Below, piece after piece: positions 47,991-58,585 of a DNA stretch of 64,000 nt (position 1 is the first letter of the stretch; every line of letters begins with the position of its first letter). Origin of the DNA: a virus; the IMG/VR virus record IMGVR_UViG_3300009790_000004, positions 1-64,000 of that record; one strand, written 5' to 3'. The notes under the pieces were generated by a model. The model made no database searches. It worked only from the letters and a program-made list of their open reading frames with translations, and was not told where the DNA came from. The position numbers were made by a program, and so were the translations under genes.

Positions 47991-48458
47991 ATGAAAAGGC
48001 TTATAACTATATTACTATTACTAAGTAGTGCTGGTGCTGCAAGAGCAGTGCCAGTGGTCCCCAATTTTCAGCAGGGCTCAATGACGAGCCATACCGAAAC
48101 TGAATCTACAGTGACGGAAACCATAAATTCCATAGATTATCGTACAGGATGGGAATACTCAGTGACTGGGGTAGGCATCGACAACAATGGCGAGGCTTTG
48201 AATCCCCCAACATCAACCTCAACAGTAACAATCAACCCAACAGTGGGGTCAGGAGAAGGAGCCATAACAGGGGCAGTAACTTCTTCGTTCGATGCTTTAG
48301 ACATGTCAGCAACAAACAACTTCACGATTCACGAACCTGGCGGAGCCTTTCAATTCAGTCAGAGTTATCAAGGACCAGGTATGACCAACCAGACCCTGAT
48401 ACAAAGAGTCACCACCATAAAAAGTGTGACAGACACAACAAGTACATTCACTCAATAA
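47991..48458 (+). CDS. Signal-peptide-bearing hypothetical protein
   Basis: AGGAG Shine-Dalgarno; MKRLITILLLLSSAGAARA|VPVVPNF. Confidence 0.8.
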   Translation: MKRLITILLLLSSAGAARAVPVVPNFQQGSMTSHTETESTVTETINSIDYRTGWEYSVTGVGIDNNGEALNPPTSTSTVTINPTVGSGEGAITGAVTSSFDALDMSATNNFTIHEPGGAFQFSQSYQGPGMTNQTLIQRVTTIKSVTDTTSTFTQ

Positions 48459-49504
48459 GGAAGCTATGTCTACTCCTTGCTCTAAGTGCCAATGCAATCC
48501 CTGCGTATGCGGAAGGGGTAGGAGGAGTTAGTGCTACTGCAAATCCAATCGCCAATAGTTCTGGCTCAGTAACTAACCAGGCAATACAAGTTTTACAAGG
48601 TCCATATGTAACCAACACCTACGGTGGTGGTGTTAGCTGTCAAGGTACGACTCTTAACATGACACCGTATATTCAGTTTGCCGACTCTAGGAAGTGGCCA
48701 TGGGAAGATTACTATAACGAACCACAATATAATCTAACAGATGTAGAAGGAAGGACAGTTAAACAGACAGTAACAGTAAAGAACTATCCTTGGGAGTCAT
48801 GGTACGATGATCGTACTAAGGCAGATGGTAGTAGATGGTTTGAAGATGGAGATGATATACAAATAGAAATAGATGTACCAACTGCTGATGGTGTACCTGA
48901 TATTGTAGGTAGTGGTGGGGAAATGACCCCGACATGGTACAAACCAGTGCGTACTGATATGAGAGCAAACCAGTCCTTTAACATGGGTCTCTCTGCTACT
49001 CTCTCAATACCATTGAATAGAGGTATGCAAAGGAGATGTAAGGAGGCAGCAACAGCACAGATTAATCATCAAATACAGTTGACATCTAATAAGCGACTTG
49101 ATTTTGAAATCGCAAGATTGAAAAATTGTGGTGAGTTAAAAAAAGCTGGAATATTTTTCCACCCTGCATCGCCGTATCATAGTATATGTGCTGATGTTGT
49201 AGTAACTGCACCAGGTGGTCAGATCATGCCACACGAGCATCAGATACCACAACCTAATTGGACGGTTCCTTCTTCAGAGTCTTCTTCTTCTTCCCAAAGT
49301 TCAGAGGTAACATCCCCTTCTTCTCTCGATAACGGTTCGTCATCTGTTCAGACAAATTCGGACGGTGAGGGGTCTGACCAAGCATCGTCTTCACCTTCGT
49401 CATCACTTTCTTCACAATCGGCTTCACAACTTTCAAAAGAAGATCAGCTAGGGGTTTTGCAAGTAGGGCAGATGTCGTTGCCACAGCAGCAATCGATGCC
49501 GTAG
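48455..49504 (+). CDS. Signal-peptide-bearing hypothetical protein, probable AUA start
   Basis: The ATAA overlap with the upstream stop gives (M)RKLCLLLALSANAIPAYA|EGVGG. The track's ATG at 48149 lies deep inside the upstream gene. Confidence 0.7.
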   Translation: MRKLCLLLALSANAIPAYAEGVGGVSATANPIANSSGSVTNQAIQVLQGPYVTNTYGGGVSCQGTTLNMTPYIQFADSRKWPWEDYYNEPQYNLTDVEGRTVKQTVTVKNYPWESWYDDRTKADGSRWFEDGDDIQIEIDVPTADGVPDIVGSGGEMTPTWYKPVRTDMRANQSFNMGLSATLSIPLNRGMQRRCKEAATAQINHQIQLTSNKRLDFEIARLKNCGELKKAGIFFHPASPYHSICADVVVTAPGGQIMPHEHQIPQPNWTVPSSESSSSSQSSEVTSPSSLDNGSSSVQTNSDGEGSDQASSSPSSSLSSQSASQLSKEDQLGVLQVGQMSLPQQQSMP

Positions 49505-50180
49505 TCGTTACAGTACCTACAGTTGGTAGAAATTGTTCTATTGCTGGAACAGGTTCCCATATTGTTTCGCATATCTTACCGTCAGGAGTCAATTTATATT
49601 CTTTAACTTTTTCTGTACCTGCTTGATTCATATCTCCTATTCTTTTAGCATTTAGTGGAGGACATTCTACATCTTCTGCTGTATCTCCTCCAGTTGGAGG
49701 AGGATCTGGAGTGTCTAGATCAGGAGCTGGTGGTGTACCAGTGTCTACTCCATCTGCTTGTGGTTGTTCTTGAGTAATAGTTTGCCAAGTTAGTTCTCTA
49801 TAATCATAGTCAGGTGGTTCATAGTATGGAGCACCAGCATCACACAATACTACATTTCCTTTGGGGTCATCATTGACCAGCATTTTATTTTTATTTCCTT
49901 CAAACTTAGTATTATTCTCCTTACTTACCTTAACACAACCAGGCATATTAACAATAGGAGTTCCAACTCTTTCAGTAACAGGAACTACTACTGGTATTGC
50001 TTGAGATGGTTCTACTAACCATATGCGAGCATTAGCAATATTATTAACACCAACTCTTTGTATATTTGTATTACCAATTCTTCTAGATCCAATAAATTGG
50101 ATACCAGCATTGTCAACTCGTATCAGGGGAATACCAGTACCGTTAACTTCTACCTTAGGTATATTGTTAATTTCGCTCAT
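49254..50180 (-). CDS. Hypothetical membrane-anchored protein
   Basis: 308 aa; PIVNMPGCV, a Pro-rich linker, Cys pairs and the TM-like TTTASIAAVATTSALLAKPL. Confidence 0.75.
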   Translation of the reverse strand: MSEINNIPKVEVNGTGIPLIRVDNAGIQFIGSRRIGNTNIQRVGVNNIANARIWLVEPSQAIPVVVPVTERVGTPIVNMPGCVKVSKENNTKFEGNKNKMLVNDDPKGNVVLCDAGAPYYEPPDYDYRELTWQTITQEQPQADGVDTGTPPAPDLDTPDPPPTGGDTAEDVECPPLNAKRIGDMNQAGTEKVKEYKLTPDGKICETIWEPVPAIEQFLPTVGTVTTTASIAAVATTSALLAKPLADLLLKVVKPIVKKVMTKVKTMLGQTPHRPNLSEQMTNRYREKKGMLPLNFGKKKKTLKKEPSN

Positions 50181-50433
50181 TTGGTACTACTTGCTTATAA
50201 TTTTTATCAGGGATTTGTAATCCTTTAACAGGACCAGATGATTTTGGCCAAGCATTCACTAATTGTAGATATACTTCTTCTCTAACAACTTTCCTAATTT
50301 TTTCTATTTGAGCATCTTCTCGTTTTTGAGGACCACCAGTTTGCTGGTCAATGACATGGTTACCACCAACTAATGCACCAGTACCAACTACTGCTACTGC
50401 TGTTCCTGTGGATGCTATCTTTTGTAAATCCAT
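50167..50433 (-). CDS. Hypothetical protein
   Basis: N-terminal hydrophobic segment; minus-strand late-like TAAATA upstream. Confidence 0.7.
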   Translation of the reverse strand: MDLQKIASTGTAVAVVGTGALVGGNHVIDQQTGGPQKREDAQIEKIRKVVREEVYLQLVNAWPKSSGPVKGLQIPDKNYKQVVPNERN

Positions 50434-50504
50434 CTATTTAGCGTTACCGATGTATTTATCGTTGACTAAATAACAGGAGCAAGTACTTTCTTGAACCTGA
50501 AGAG

Positions 50505-53500
50505 ATGCCACTTAATAAGTTAGAGAATTTTATCAAGAATACTGAGGGTAAGATTCTCTATGTAAATCCAAATGATTTGGATGCAACAGACAGTATTACT
50601 AATCAGGGTAATTCCCTGACGAAACCCTTTAGGACTATTCAGAGAGCACTACTAGAGTCTGCTCGGTTCTCCTATCAGACTGGATTCGATAACGATATAA
50701 ACGATAAGACTACTATACTATTATTTCCTGGTGATCACTATGTAGATAACAGACCAGGATTTGCTATTAAGAAAGATCCAAGCGATCCTACAAGGGCAGT
50801 TGGCATATCTCCCTTAGGTTCTCAGACACTTGCTACTGCTGAATTTGGATTAGATTTATCTTCAGAATTTGATCTTACTGTAGAAAATAATATACTTTAT
50901 AGATTCAACTCAGTACATGGTGGAATTATAGTACCTCGTGGTACTTCTATTGTAGGTCTGGACTTAAGAAAGACTAAGGTATATCCTTTATATGTACCTA
51001 ACCCTACAGATGAGGATGTTCCTAATACATCTCTGTTTAGAATAACTGGTAACTGCTATTTCTGGCAGTTCTCTATGTTTGATGGTAAGGGTGATCGTTT
51101 AGTATATACTGATCATCAACAATTTAATGATGATAACAGATCATTCCCAATATTCTCTCACCACAAATTAACATGCTTTGAGTATGCTGATGGTATTAAT
51201 GATGTTAAGGGATATGAGGCTACTGACCTTAGCATGTATTACTATAAGCTAAGTTATGCTTATCAGGAACCAACAGGTCGTGCTGTTACATATGAATGGC
51301 CAGACAATGAAGGAGATTTTGATACAGTTCGTCCAGAGTATGAGATTGTTGGTGCTTTAGGAAGTGATCCTTTAGAAATTGCAAGTATTATCTCTGGTGA
51401 TGGTAACACTGCTACATCTCAAGTTACTGTAACTACTCAGCAACCACATAAGTTGAGTGAAGGTACTCCAATTAAGATTAGTGGAGTTAATGTATCACAA
51501 TATAATATTTCTACTATTGTACAGTCTATTGTAAATGCTACTACATTTACATACACACTATCAACATTCCCTAATAATTTACCAGCTACACCATCTAATA
51601 TTGCCAATGCAGTAGCAACAATTGAATCTGATACTGTTACTGGTGCATCTCCTTATATCTTTAACTGTTCATTGAGATCAGTATATGGTATGCAGGGTAT
51701 GATTTGTGACGGTTCAGTAGCTACTGGTTTCCGTTCAATGGTTGTTGCCCAGTTTACTGGTATCTCACTACAGAAAGATGACAGGGCATTTGTTAAGTAT
51801 AATCCAGAATCGAGATTGTATGAAGGAATTACATATCAAAAAGTTACTGGTGCAGATTTAAGTGCTCAGTCTTCTTCTACTAATGCTGCAACTGTTTATC
51901 ACTTAGATTCTGGTGCAGTTTATAGACAAGGGTGGGAACAAACTCATGTTACTATCAGAGATAATGCTGTTGTACAGATAGTTTCTGTGTTCGCTATTGG
52001 TTATAATGCTCATTTCTTAGGTTTAAGTGGTGCTGACGCATCTATTACTAACTCTAACTCCAACTTCGGACAATTTGCTTTAGTTGGTGATGGATTTAGA
52101 CCTGATGCATTCCCAAGAGATGACCAAGGATATATTACACATATTACTACTCCTCAATCTGTAGATACATCTGCTGCAAAAATTGATAGTGTCAGTTTCT
52201 ATCAGTTAGATGTTGATAAGACTAAACAAGTAGGATTATCAAGTCACTTATACATCTTCTCCTTTGATAAGGAAGATGATCCCCCTCTAAGTTTATCTCA
52301 GGGATTCAGAGTTGGTGCTAGGCACGATGAAAAATTATATGTTTCTATTGGAACAACAGATTATACTGCTAATGTCTTAATGCTTGAGAACAAGCTAGAG
52401 ACTTCTGGTATTAATACTGCTGCTCTTGGTAGCCAAAATGCTGTTAAGAAGAGTAAGGCAACAACACCTAATACATTATTCCAGATGACCGTTGATACTA
52501 TCGGTCTAGTTACTGGTGAAAAGATAAGAATCTTTAGTGATGATGGTGACTTACCTGAGAACATTGAATTTAATAAGATATACTATGCTATTGTAGTATC
52601 TGCTACTAATATTAAGATTGCGTCAACATTCTCCAACGCTATTAATGATGTTCCTATTGAAATATATGGTGGTACTAAACTTAGAGTTGAAAGTAGAGTA
52701 TCTGATAAGGAAAGTAATGATATTGGACATCCTATTCAGTGGGATGCTACGCAAAGTAGGTGGTTTATTCATGTTGACACAAACAATGGAGTATATCCAC
52801 AGATACAATCTAATGCTAATTTGATTGGTGTTACTGGTACAAACATAGCACAAATCAAGAGGTATGAAGATAAGAGATCTATTGAGGATAAACTCTATAA
52901 GATCCGTTATGTTATTCCTAAGGAAGCAACTAACTCAAGAGATCCTGTTGATGGATTCATATTACAGAGTTCTTCATTAGCAGGATATGCTAAGACTTCT
53001 GATCCTTCTGCTACAACTATTACTGTTGGTGATAATAACTTCTCTAGAAATCCTGGATTTATTGCATTTGTTAGTGAGTCCTCTAGTGTAGTAACTGTTA
53101 GAACTGAGCAGAAGCATAATGTAGAAGTTGGTGACATTGTTAGGGTACAGGATGTTAAGGATTCTAATAATACTTCTGGTGCTGATGGTGTAGGATACAA
53201 TGGATTCTTTGAGGTAACTGCTCTTATTGATGCTTATCAATTTGCACATGGAACCACTGATATTAATGGCGTTGAAAGAAACACTGGTACATTTGTAGAT
53301 ACTACTAATAGTAGAAATCTATTCCAACCAAGATTCTCTATCAATGACAATAAGAAGAACTTTAATGTTTATCGTGTTAATGTAGTAGAACCTTATGTTT
53401 CTGGTGCAAATGATGGTGTCTATGTCTTAGATTTATTGAGTTGTGATTATGCACCACCTCAAGAGTTTACTAGTAAGAAGTATAAGCAGAATGTTACTTA

Positions 53501-55751
53501 TCTGTATCCACAACAGGATAGAGATAATATTGTAGAGAATTCTCCTGCTGCTGTATCATTTGCTCGTAGAGAACCATTAGGAAAAGTTGATCTTAATGCT
53601 TTAAGTAATTCTCTAACCAGAGAAACACTTGATAAGTTTAATAAGACATTTAATATTGGTTATGGTATTTCAGCAGTCAGTGAAGTATCTGCTGGTGTAT
53701 GTACGATTACATTTGATAATCAGCATGACTTTAATGGACTTGCTACTCATGAGAATCTAGTAACTAGTGTTGGATATGCTGTAACTACAGAGTATAATAC
53801 TAGGTTACTTAATGGTGGTAATTGGGATGGTGCAACTGCAACTGTAACAGTTGGTGTTGGATCTACTACTATCACTGGATTTGAAGTATTCTCACCTGGA
53901 TCTGGATTCCAAGGTGGTGAGACATTAACTCTTGAAGGATTCTCTGGAGCAAGTATTGGAGTTCCTACATCTGGTATTTCTAATGCTGTTGGTGATGTTG
54001 TTGCTATTACTGGAATTGGAACTACATCTGATGGATTGTTTAGAATAACATCTGTACCTAATAAGAATAGTATTGCTATTGCTGTAACTGCTGGTGATCC
54101 TATTGCTATTGAAGGACAATATCTATTCAGAAGTGGTCCTTCTGTTTCTATTGCTTCTACTCATTTTGATATTACAACTGGTATAACAACTATTACTACA
54201 TCTACTCCTCATGGTTTGAGGAAGGGATCTAAGTTTAGGGTTGTTGATACTAATAGTAATAAGATAGGTGAATATCTAGTATCAACTATTGCAGGAATTA
54301 ATACATTCACTACTACAACTGTTAGTGATATTAATTATGCTGCTGGTCACAAACTATATCAACAGACATATGCTGCACACAATCAATCAGTAGAAATTAG
54401 TGAAGCTATTGGTTCAAGATACCAAAACTTATATGCAGGTGAGACCGCAACACTTAAAGAAGCAGTTACTAACCTTTCTACTACAATTAGGGTTCAAGTT
54501 CCTAATTCTGGTATTGGTACTGATCTAAGATTTAAATTAGGTGAGTACATTGAAATAGACAAGGAGATTGTAAGGGTTTCAGAGCAAGGACTCGTAGGTG
54601 CTGGTAACGACTCTCTTAATGTTATTAGAGGTGTTCTTGGTACATTACCTGCTCCTCATGTTAGTGGTGCATTAATTAGAAAAGTAAATGCTCTCGCTGT
54701 TGAGATGCGTAGACCATCTATTCTTCGTGCATCTGGTCACACATTTGAATATCTTGGTTATGGTCCAGGTAACTATTCAACTGGTTTACCTCAGGTACAA
54801 AACAGAACTCTATCAGATGATGAAGAGTATCTAGCACAGGCACAAGAAAGATCTGCTGGTGTTGTTGTTTATACTGGTTTGAATAACGAGGGTGATTTCT
54901 ACATTGGTAATAAGAGGATCTCTTCTTCCAGTGGTAAAGAAACATCATTTGGTATTCCTATTCCTAGTGTTACTGGTGAGGCAGTATCTACCAACTCTGT
55001 AGTATTTGATGAAGTTATTGTTCGTCAAAGAATCATTGTTGAAGGTGGTCCTCAGCAAAATATATTATCTCAGTTTGATGGTCCTGTAGCATTCTCTAAT
55101 GATGTTAGTTTCACTGATGATATGGTCACAAGTGGTACTGTAGAATTAGGTGGAACTATTGATATTACTGGTACATTCCCTAGCGGTGCTAAGTTGAACT
55201 GTGTTATTGTTGGTGTTGGTACTAATAAATCTGAAATTACTACTGATCCTGCATGTTCATCTGATCTTGTACTTAATGCTGCTCCTGGTTTCTCTGTTGC
55301 TATTGCAACTGATACAAGATATACTGCTGATGTAGTATTTGATAATCAGGTTACATTTAATGGATTTACATCATTCACTCAGAATGTTTACTCAACTGCT
55401 GGATTCGTCACATTCTGTGGTGGTCCTCTACATTGCTGTGATGATATTGTCGCATTCTATGGTCAATCATCTGATGCTACATTAAAAGATAATATTGCTA
55501 CATTAGATAATCCACTTGAAAAAGTAATGCAGATTCGTGGTACTGAGTTTGATTGGAAGGATGGTAATCCTAACTATCAAGGACATGACATTGGAGTTAT
55601 CGCTCAAGATGTCGAATCAGTGTTACCTGATGCAGTATCTACAAAACCAGACGGAACTAAAGGCGTTCATTACAACAAATTAATTCCTCTACTTATTGAA
55701 GCAGTCAAGGATCTTTCCAAACAGGTGGATGATCTGAGCTCAGATAAATAA
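50505..55751 (+). CDS. Long tail fibre/virion protein with C-terminal intramolecular chaperone (peptidase S74)
   Basis: 1748 aa; GNSLTKPFRTIQRA near the N-terminus; C-terminal SDATLKDNI...G.IAQDVE.VLP.AV...Y..LIPLLIEAVK; CTAAATA at 50466. Confidence 0.88.
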   Translation: MPLNKLENFIKNTEGKILYVNPNDLDATDSITNQGNSLTKPFRTIQRALLESARFSYQTGFDNDINDKTTILLFPGDHYVDNRPGFAIKKDPSDPTRAVGISPLGSQTLATAEFGLDLSSEFDLTVENNILYRFNSVHGGIIVPRGTSIVGLDLRKTKVYPLYVPNPTDEDVPNTSLFRITGNCYFWQFSMFDGKGDRLVYTDHQQFNDDNRSFPIFSHHKLTCFEYADGINDVKGYEATDLSMYYYKLSYAYQEPTGRAVTYEWPDNEGDFDTVRPEYEIVGALGSDPLEIASIISGDGNTATSQVTVTTQQPHKLSEGTPIKISGVNVSQYNISTIVQSIVNATTFTYTLSTFPNNLPATPSNIANAVATIESDTVTGASPYIFNCSLRSVYGMQGMICDGSVATGFRSMVVAQFTGISLQKDDRAFVKYNPESRLYEGITYQKVTGADLSAQSSSTNAATVYHLDSGAVYRQGWEQTHVTIRDNAVVQIVSVFAIGYNAHFLGLSGADASITNSNSNFGQFALVGDGFRPDAFPRDDQGYITHITTPQSVDTSAAKIDSVSFYQLDVDKTKQVGLSSHLYIFSFDKEDDPPLSLSQGFRVGARHDEKLYVSIGTTDYTANVLMLENKLETSGINTAALGSQNAVKKSKATTPNTLFQMTVDTIGLVTGEKIRIFSDDGDLPENIEFNKIYYAIVVSATNIKIASTFSNAINDVPIEIYGGTKLRVESRVSDKESNDIGHPIQWDATQSRWFIHVDTNNGVYPQIQSNANLIGVTGTNIAQIKRYEDKRSIEDKLYKIRYVIPKEATNSRDPVDGFILQSSSLAGYAKTSDPSATTITVGDNNFSRNPGFIAFVSESSSVVTVRTEQKHNVEVGDIVRVQDVKDSNNTSGADGVGYNGFFEVTALIDAYQFAHGTTDINGVERNTGTFVDTTNSRNLFQPRFSINDNKKNFNVYRVNVVEPYVSGANDGVYVLDLLSCDYAPPQEFTSKKYKQNVTYLYPQQDRDNIVENSPAAVSFARREPLGKVDLNALSNSLTRETLDKFNKTFNIGYGISAVSEVSAGVCTITFDNQHDFNGLATHENLVTSVGYAVTTEYNTRLLNGGNWDGATATVTVGVGSTTITGFEVFSPGSGFQGGETLTLEGFSGASIGVPTSGISNAVGDVVAITGIGTTSDGLFRITSVPNKNSIAIAVTAGDPIAIEGQYLFRSGPSVSIASTHFDITTGITTITTSTPHGLRKGSKFRVVDTNSNKIGEYLVSTIAGINTFTTTTVSDINYAAGHKLYQQTYAAHNQSVEISEAIGSRYQNLYAGETATLKEAVTNLSTTIRVQVPNSGIGTDLRFKLGEYIEIDKEIVRVSEQGLVGAGNDSLNVIRGVLGTLPAPHVSGALIRKVNALAVEMRRPSILRASGHTFEYLGYGPGNYSTGLPQVQNRTLSDDEEYLAQAQERSAGVVVYTGLNNEGDFYIGNKRISSSSGKETSFGIPIPSVTGEAVSTNSVVFDEVIVRQRIIVEGGPQQNILSQFDGPVAFSNDVSFTDDMVTSGTVELGGTIDITGTFPSGAKLNCVIVGVGTNKSEITTDPACSSDLVLNAAPGFSVAIATDTRYTADVVFDNQVTFNGFTSFTQNVYSTAGFVTFCGGPLHCCDDIVAFYGQSSDATLKDNIATLDNPLEKVMQIRGTEFDWKDGNPNYQGHDIGVIAQDVESVLPDAVSTKPDGTKGVHYNKLIPLLIEAVKDLSKQVDDLSSDK

Positions 55752-55777
55752 TAAAAAGGTCTCCTTAGCATAAGATA

Positions 55778-58579
55778 ATGCCTACCAATTATAAGACTAT
55801 CATTAACTTTAGAGATGGTATCCAGGTCGATGCCAATGATCTGATCTCTAACAATGGACTGGTAGGTATCGGGACCACCATTCCAAGACAAGAACTTGAT
55901 GTCCGAGGATCAATGATCGTTGAAGATCAAACTGATCTCAGACATTTGAATGTTGTTGGACAATCTACATTTTATGGTAATGTTAATCTTGGTGTTGGAT
56001 ACTCGGTAGGTATAGGAACTACAATTCCTGAAGCAACATTCCAAGTTGGTGTAGGAACTACAGGATTTACGGTTGATTCTAATGGTAATGTAACTGCTGT
56101 ATTATTCACTGGTTCTGGTGCTAATTTAACTGATCTTCCTACTGCTGTATGGAGTAATCCTGATCCTGGTGTTGGTAGTACGATTAATGCTTTCAGACCT
56201 GTTGGAATTTACACTACATTACCTCAAGCAGACTTTACTGTTGGTGATGTAATTGCATTTGATGCTATTAGTGGTGTAGGTACATTTGAACAAGTATCTG
56301 CTAAGAAATTGAACCTGACTGGTAATGCCATGCAGGGTAATATTGATATGGTTGGATCTATTGTAGGTCTTCAATCAATTACTAATGCTAGTGGTATATG
56401 TCAATTTGCTGGTGTTGGTTCGTTTAATGGATTAAATGTTGCATCTGGTGTTATAACTGCAACTGCTGATCGTATGGTAATTAAAGGAGATAGTAAGACT
56501 ATTGACTTTAATCAAGATTTTGTAAATGCTGATAAGAGAGTTGGTGTAAGATTTATTGAGACTTCTACTGGTTCAGGTATTGATGATAAGGTTGTTAGTC
56601 AGATATTATATAATGGTGGAGTAACTGGTACTGGTGGTACTGAGAGTGGACAGATAGAAATATGGGGTGATAATGGTACTGATAATGTTCCCAGAGTAAT
56701 AATAACAAGGGAAGCAAATGTAGGTATTGGTACATCAAGATCAAGAGGATTTAATTTAGATGTAGTTGGAACTGGTACAGTCACAGGTACTCTTGGTGCT
56801 GCTGGTGGATTCCTTGGTAATCTAGTTGGTGATATTGATGGAGTTGCTACAGTAGCAGCAGGATTAACGAACAGTCCAGATATTACGATAGATGAGTTAA
56901 ATTCTCTTGGTATTAATAGTATATTCATTAGAAATACTGGTGTATCTACATTTGGTGGAGAACTTAAGGTAGGTAATTTCCTTGGTGTTGGTGATACTAC
57001 ATCTACTCTTAATAAGGGTATGGGTGTTATTGGTGGTGCTGATTTCTCAGGTGGTGGTTCATTTGGTGGTGACTTAACAGTTCAAGGAGATTTATCTATT
57101 GGTGGTACATTTGGTGGATCTGTAAGTATTCAGGATGTTACTGCTGGTGAGATTATTGCTACAGGTATTATTTCAGGTACTACATCATCTAGTGCTGTAC
57201 TACATGATACAACAATAACAGGTAATGTAACTCAGGTAGCAGGTAAGAATTTCGCAGTTGGTCAGAATCTTGCCATTGGTGGAACAACTACATTTGGACC
57301 TCAAATAAACTTTGGTGATGCAACTACTGTAGTATCTGCTGCTGGAACACTTAATGCTAATTTGAGTGGTATTATTACAACGACTAAGATTGATGTTGGT
57401 GATATTACTATTACTGGTGACTTATCATATACTGGTGGAAGTATAGCAACATTTGGACAGATATTATTAGATGGTCCTGCTGGATTTGTATCTTGCAAAT
57501 CTCTTGACGCATCTACAGGTATTATTAGTTGTACAGGATTAGACGCTAGAACTGGTCAGATTACTGGTGGTGGAATGAACCTAACAGGTCCAACCACATC
57601 AAATAACTACTTTAGATCAACTGCTGGTGTATCATCATTCTTTGATGTTGATATAACTGGAGGTACTAATAGTAATCTTAGGTTAACAAGACTAGGATTC
57701 AATACTGCTTTATCTGATCTAGGTATTACTGAAGGTATTGCTCTCTGGGATAATGCTGAGATATTTGTTAAGGATTCTCCTGCTGGTGGTATTGGAATTG
57801 GAACTACAGCAGGTAAGAGATCTACTAATGTTGGATTATATGTTGGATATGGAAGAGATGCTTCAGGTAACTTTATCAATGGAGAAGCAGTATTTGAAGG
57901 TGGTGTAGGTATTGGTACTAAGGTTGGATGTGATAATGGCAACCAATTAGAAATATACAAAGAGACTACATTCCATTCATGGCATACAGGTCTAGGTGGT
58001 ACTGATGCTGGTCCTGCTCGTATTGGAATTGAGACTAACAGACCACGCACAACTCTTGACTTAGGATTTGTTACTAGTGGATTCTTGAGACTACCATCAT
58101 ATTACAATGGTGATCCTGGATCTACAATGCCAAGTACCACACTTGAAGATCGTGGTTGTATATTCTATGATACAAATAGCAATACACTTCAGGTTCGTGA
58201 GAATAATGGTAATTGGGTTGGACTTGCAACTGTATTATCATTCATTAATGATCCAGGAATATATGTTGAGGAACTTGGATTCTTGGGTGGTGTGCTAACT
58301 GACTCTACACGATCTAATGCTGAAGCAAATGTACATAATATTATTCAACCTTGGGATGAAGTAGGTAACCAGTCAATTGGTTGGGGTACTGCTCATATGT
58401 GGTACAACAAAGATTATAATAAGCACCAGTATAAGACTAATCAAGGAAGTAATAACTCCTACTATAGATCATATGTTTCTACAGGAACATCTGCTATAGA
58501 TATTGAACTAGATAGTGGTGGAACTAAAGTTTATATTACTGTTCCTGGAATCGGTTCATGTACATTTACTCTCGTTTGA
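55778..58579 (+). CDS. Tail fibre/virion structural protein with VGIGT repeats
   Basis: Gly/Thr/Val-rich beta repeats; late promoter ATAAATA at 55744-50. Confidence 0.82.
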   Translation: MPTNYKTIINFRDGIQVDANDLISNNGLVGIGTTIPRQELDVRGSMIVEDQTDLRHLNVVGQSTFYGNVNLGVGYSVGIGTTIPEATFQVGVGTTGFTVDSNGNVTAVLFTGSGANLTDLPTAVWSNPDPGVGSTINAFRPVGIYTTLPQADFTVGDVIAFDAISGVGTFEQVSAKKLNLTGNAMQGNIDMVGSIVGLQSITNASGICQFAGVGSFNGLNVASGVITATADRMVIKGDSKTIDFNQDFVNADKRVGVRFIETSTGSGIDDKVVSQILYNGGVTGTGGTESGQIEIWGDNGTDNVPRVIITREANVGIGTSRSRGFNLDVVGTGTVTGTLGAAGGFLGNLVGDIDGVATVAAGLTNSPDITIDELNSLGINSIFIRNTGVSTFGGELKVGNFLGVGDTTSTLNKGMGVIGGADFSGGGSFGGDLTVQGDLSIGGTFGGSVSIQDVTAGEIIATGIISGTTSSSAVLHDTTITGNVTQVAGKNFAVGQNLAIGGTTTFGPQINFGDATTVVSAAGTLNANLSGIITTTKIDVGDITITGDLSYTGGSIATFGQILLDGPAGFVSCKSLDASTGIISCTGLDARTGQITGGGMNLTGPTTSNNYFRSTAGVSSFFDVDITGGTNSNLRLTRLGFNTALSDLGITEGIALWDNAEIFVKDSPAGGIGIGTTAGKRSTNVGLYVGYGRDASGNFINGEAVFEGGVGIGTKVGCDNGNQLEIYKETTFHSWHTGLGGTDAGPARIGIETNRPRTTLDLGFVTSGFLRLPSYYNGDPGSTMPSTTLEDRGCIFYDTNSNTLQVRENNGNWVGLATVLSFINDPGIYVEELGFLGGVLTDSTRSNAEANVHNIIQPWDEVGNQSIGWGTAHMWYNKDYNKHQYKTNQGSNNSYYRSYVSTGTSAIDIELDSGGTKVYITVPGIGSCTFTLV

Positions 58580-58585
58580 TAGACA

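Noticed and set aside
48149-48454. N-terminal 102 aa of the 451-aa track ORF
   Set aside because: It lies entirely within the upstream gene in another frame and precedes a signal peptide, so it is probably untranslated.
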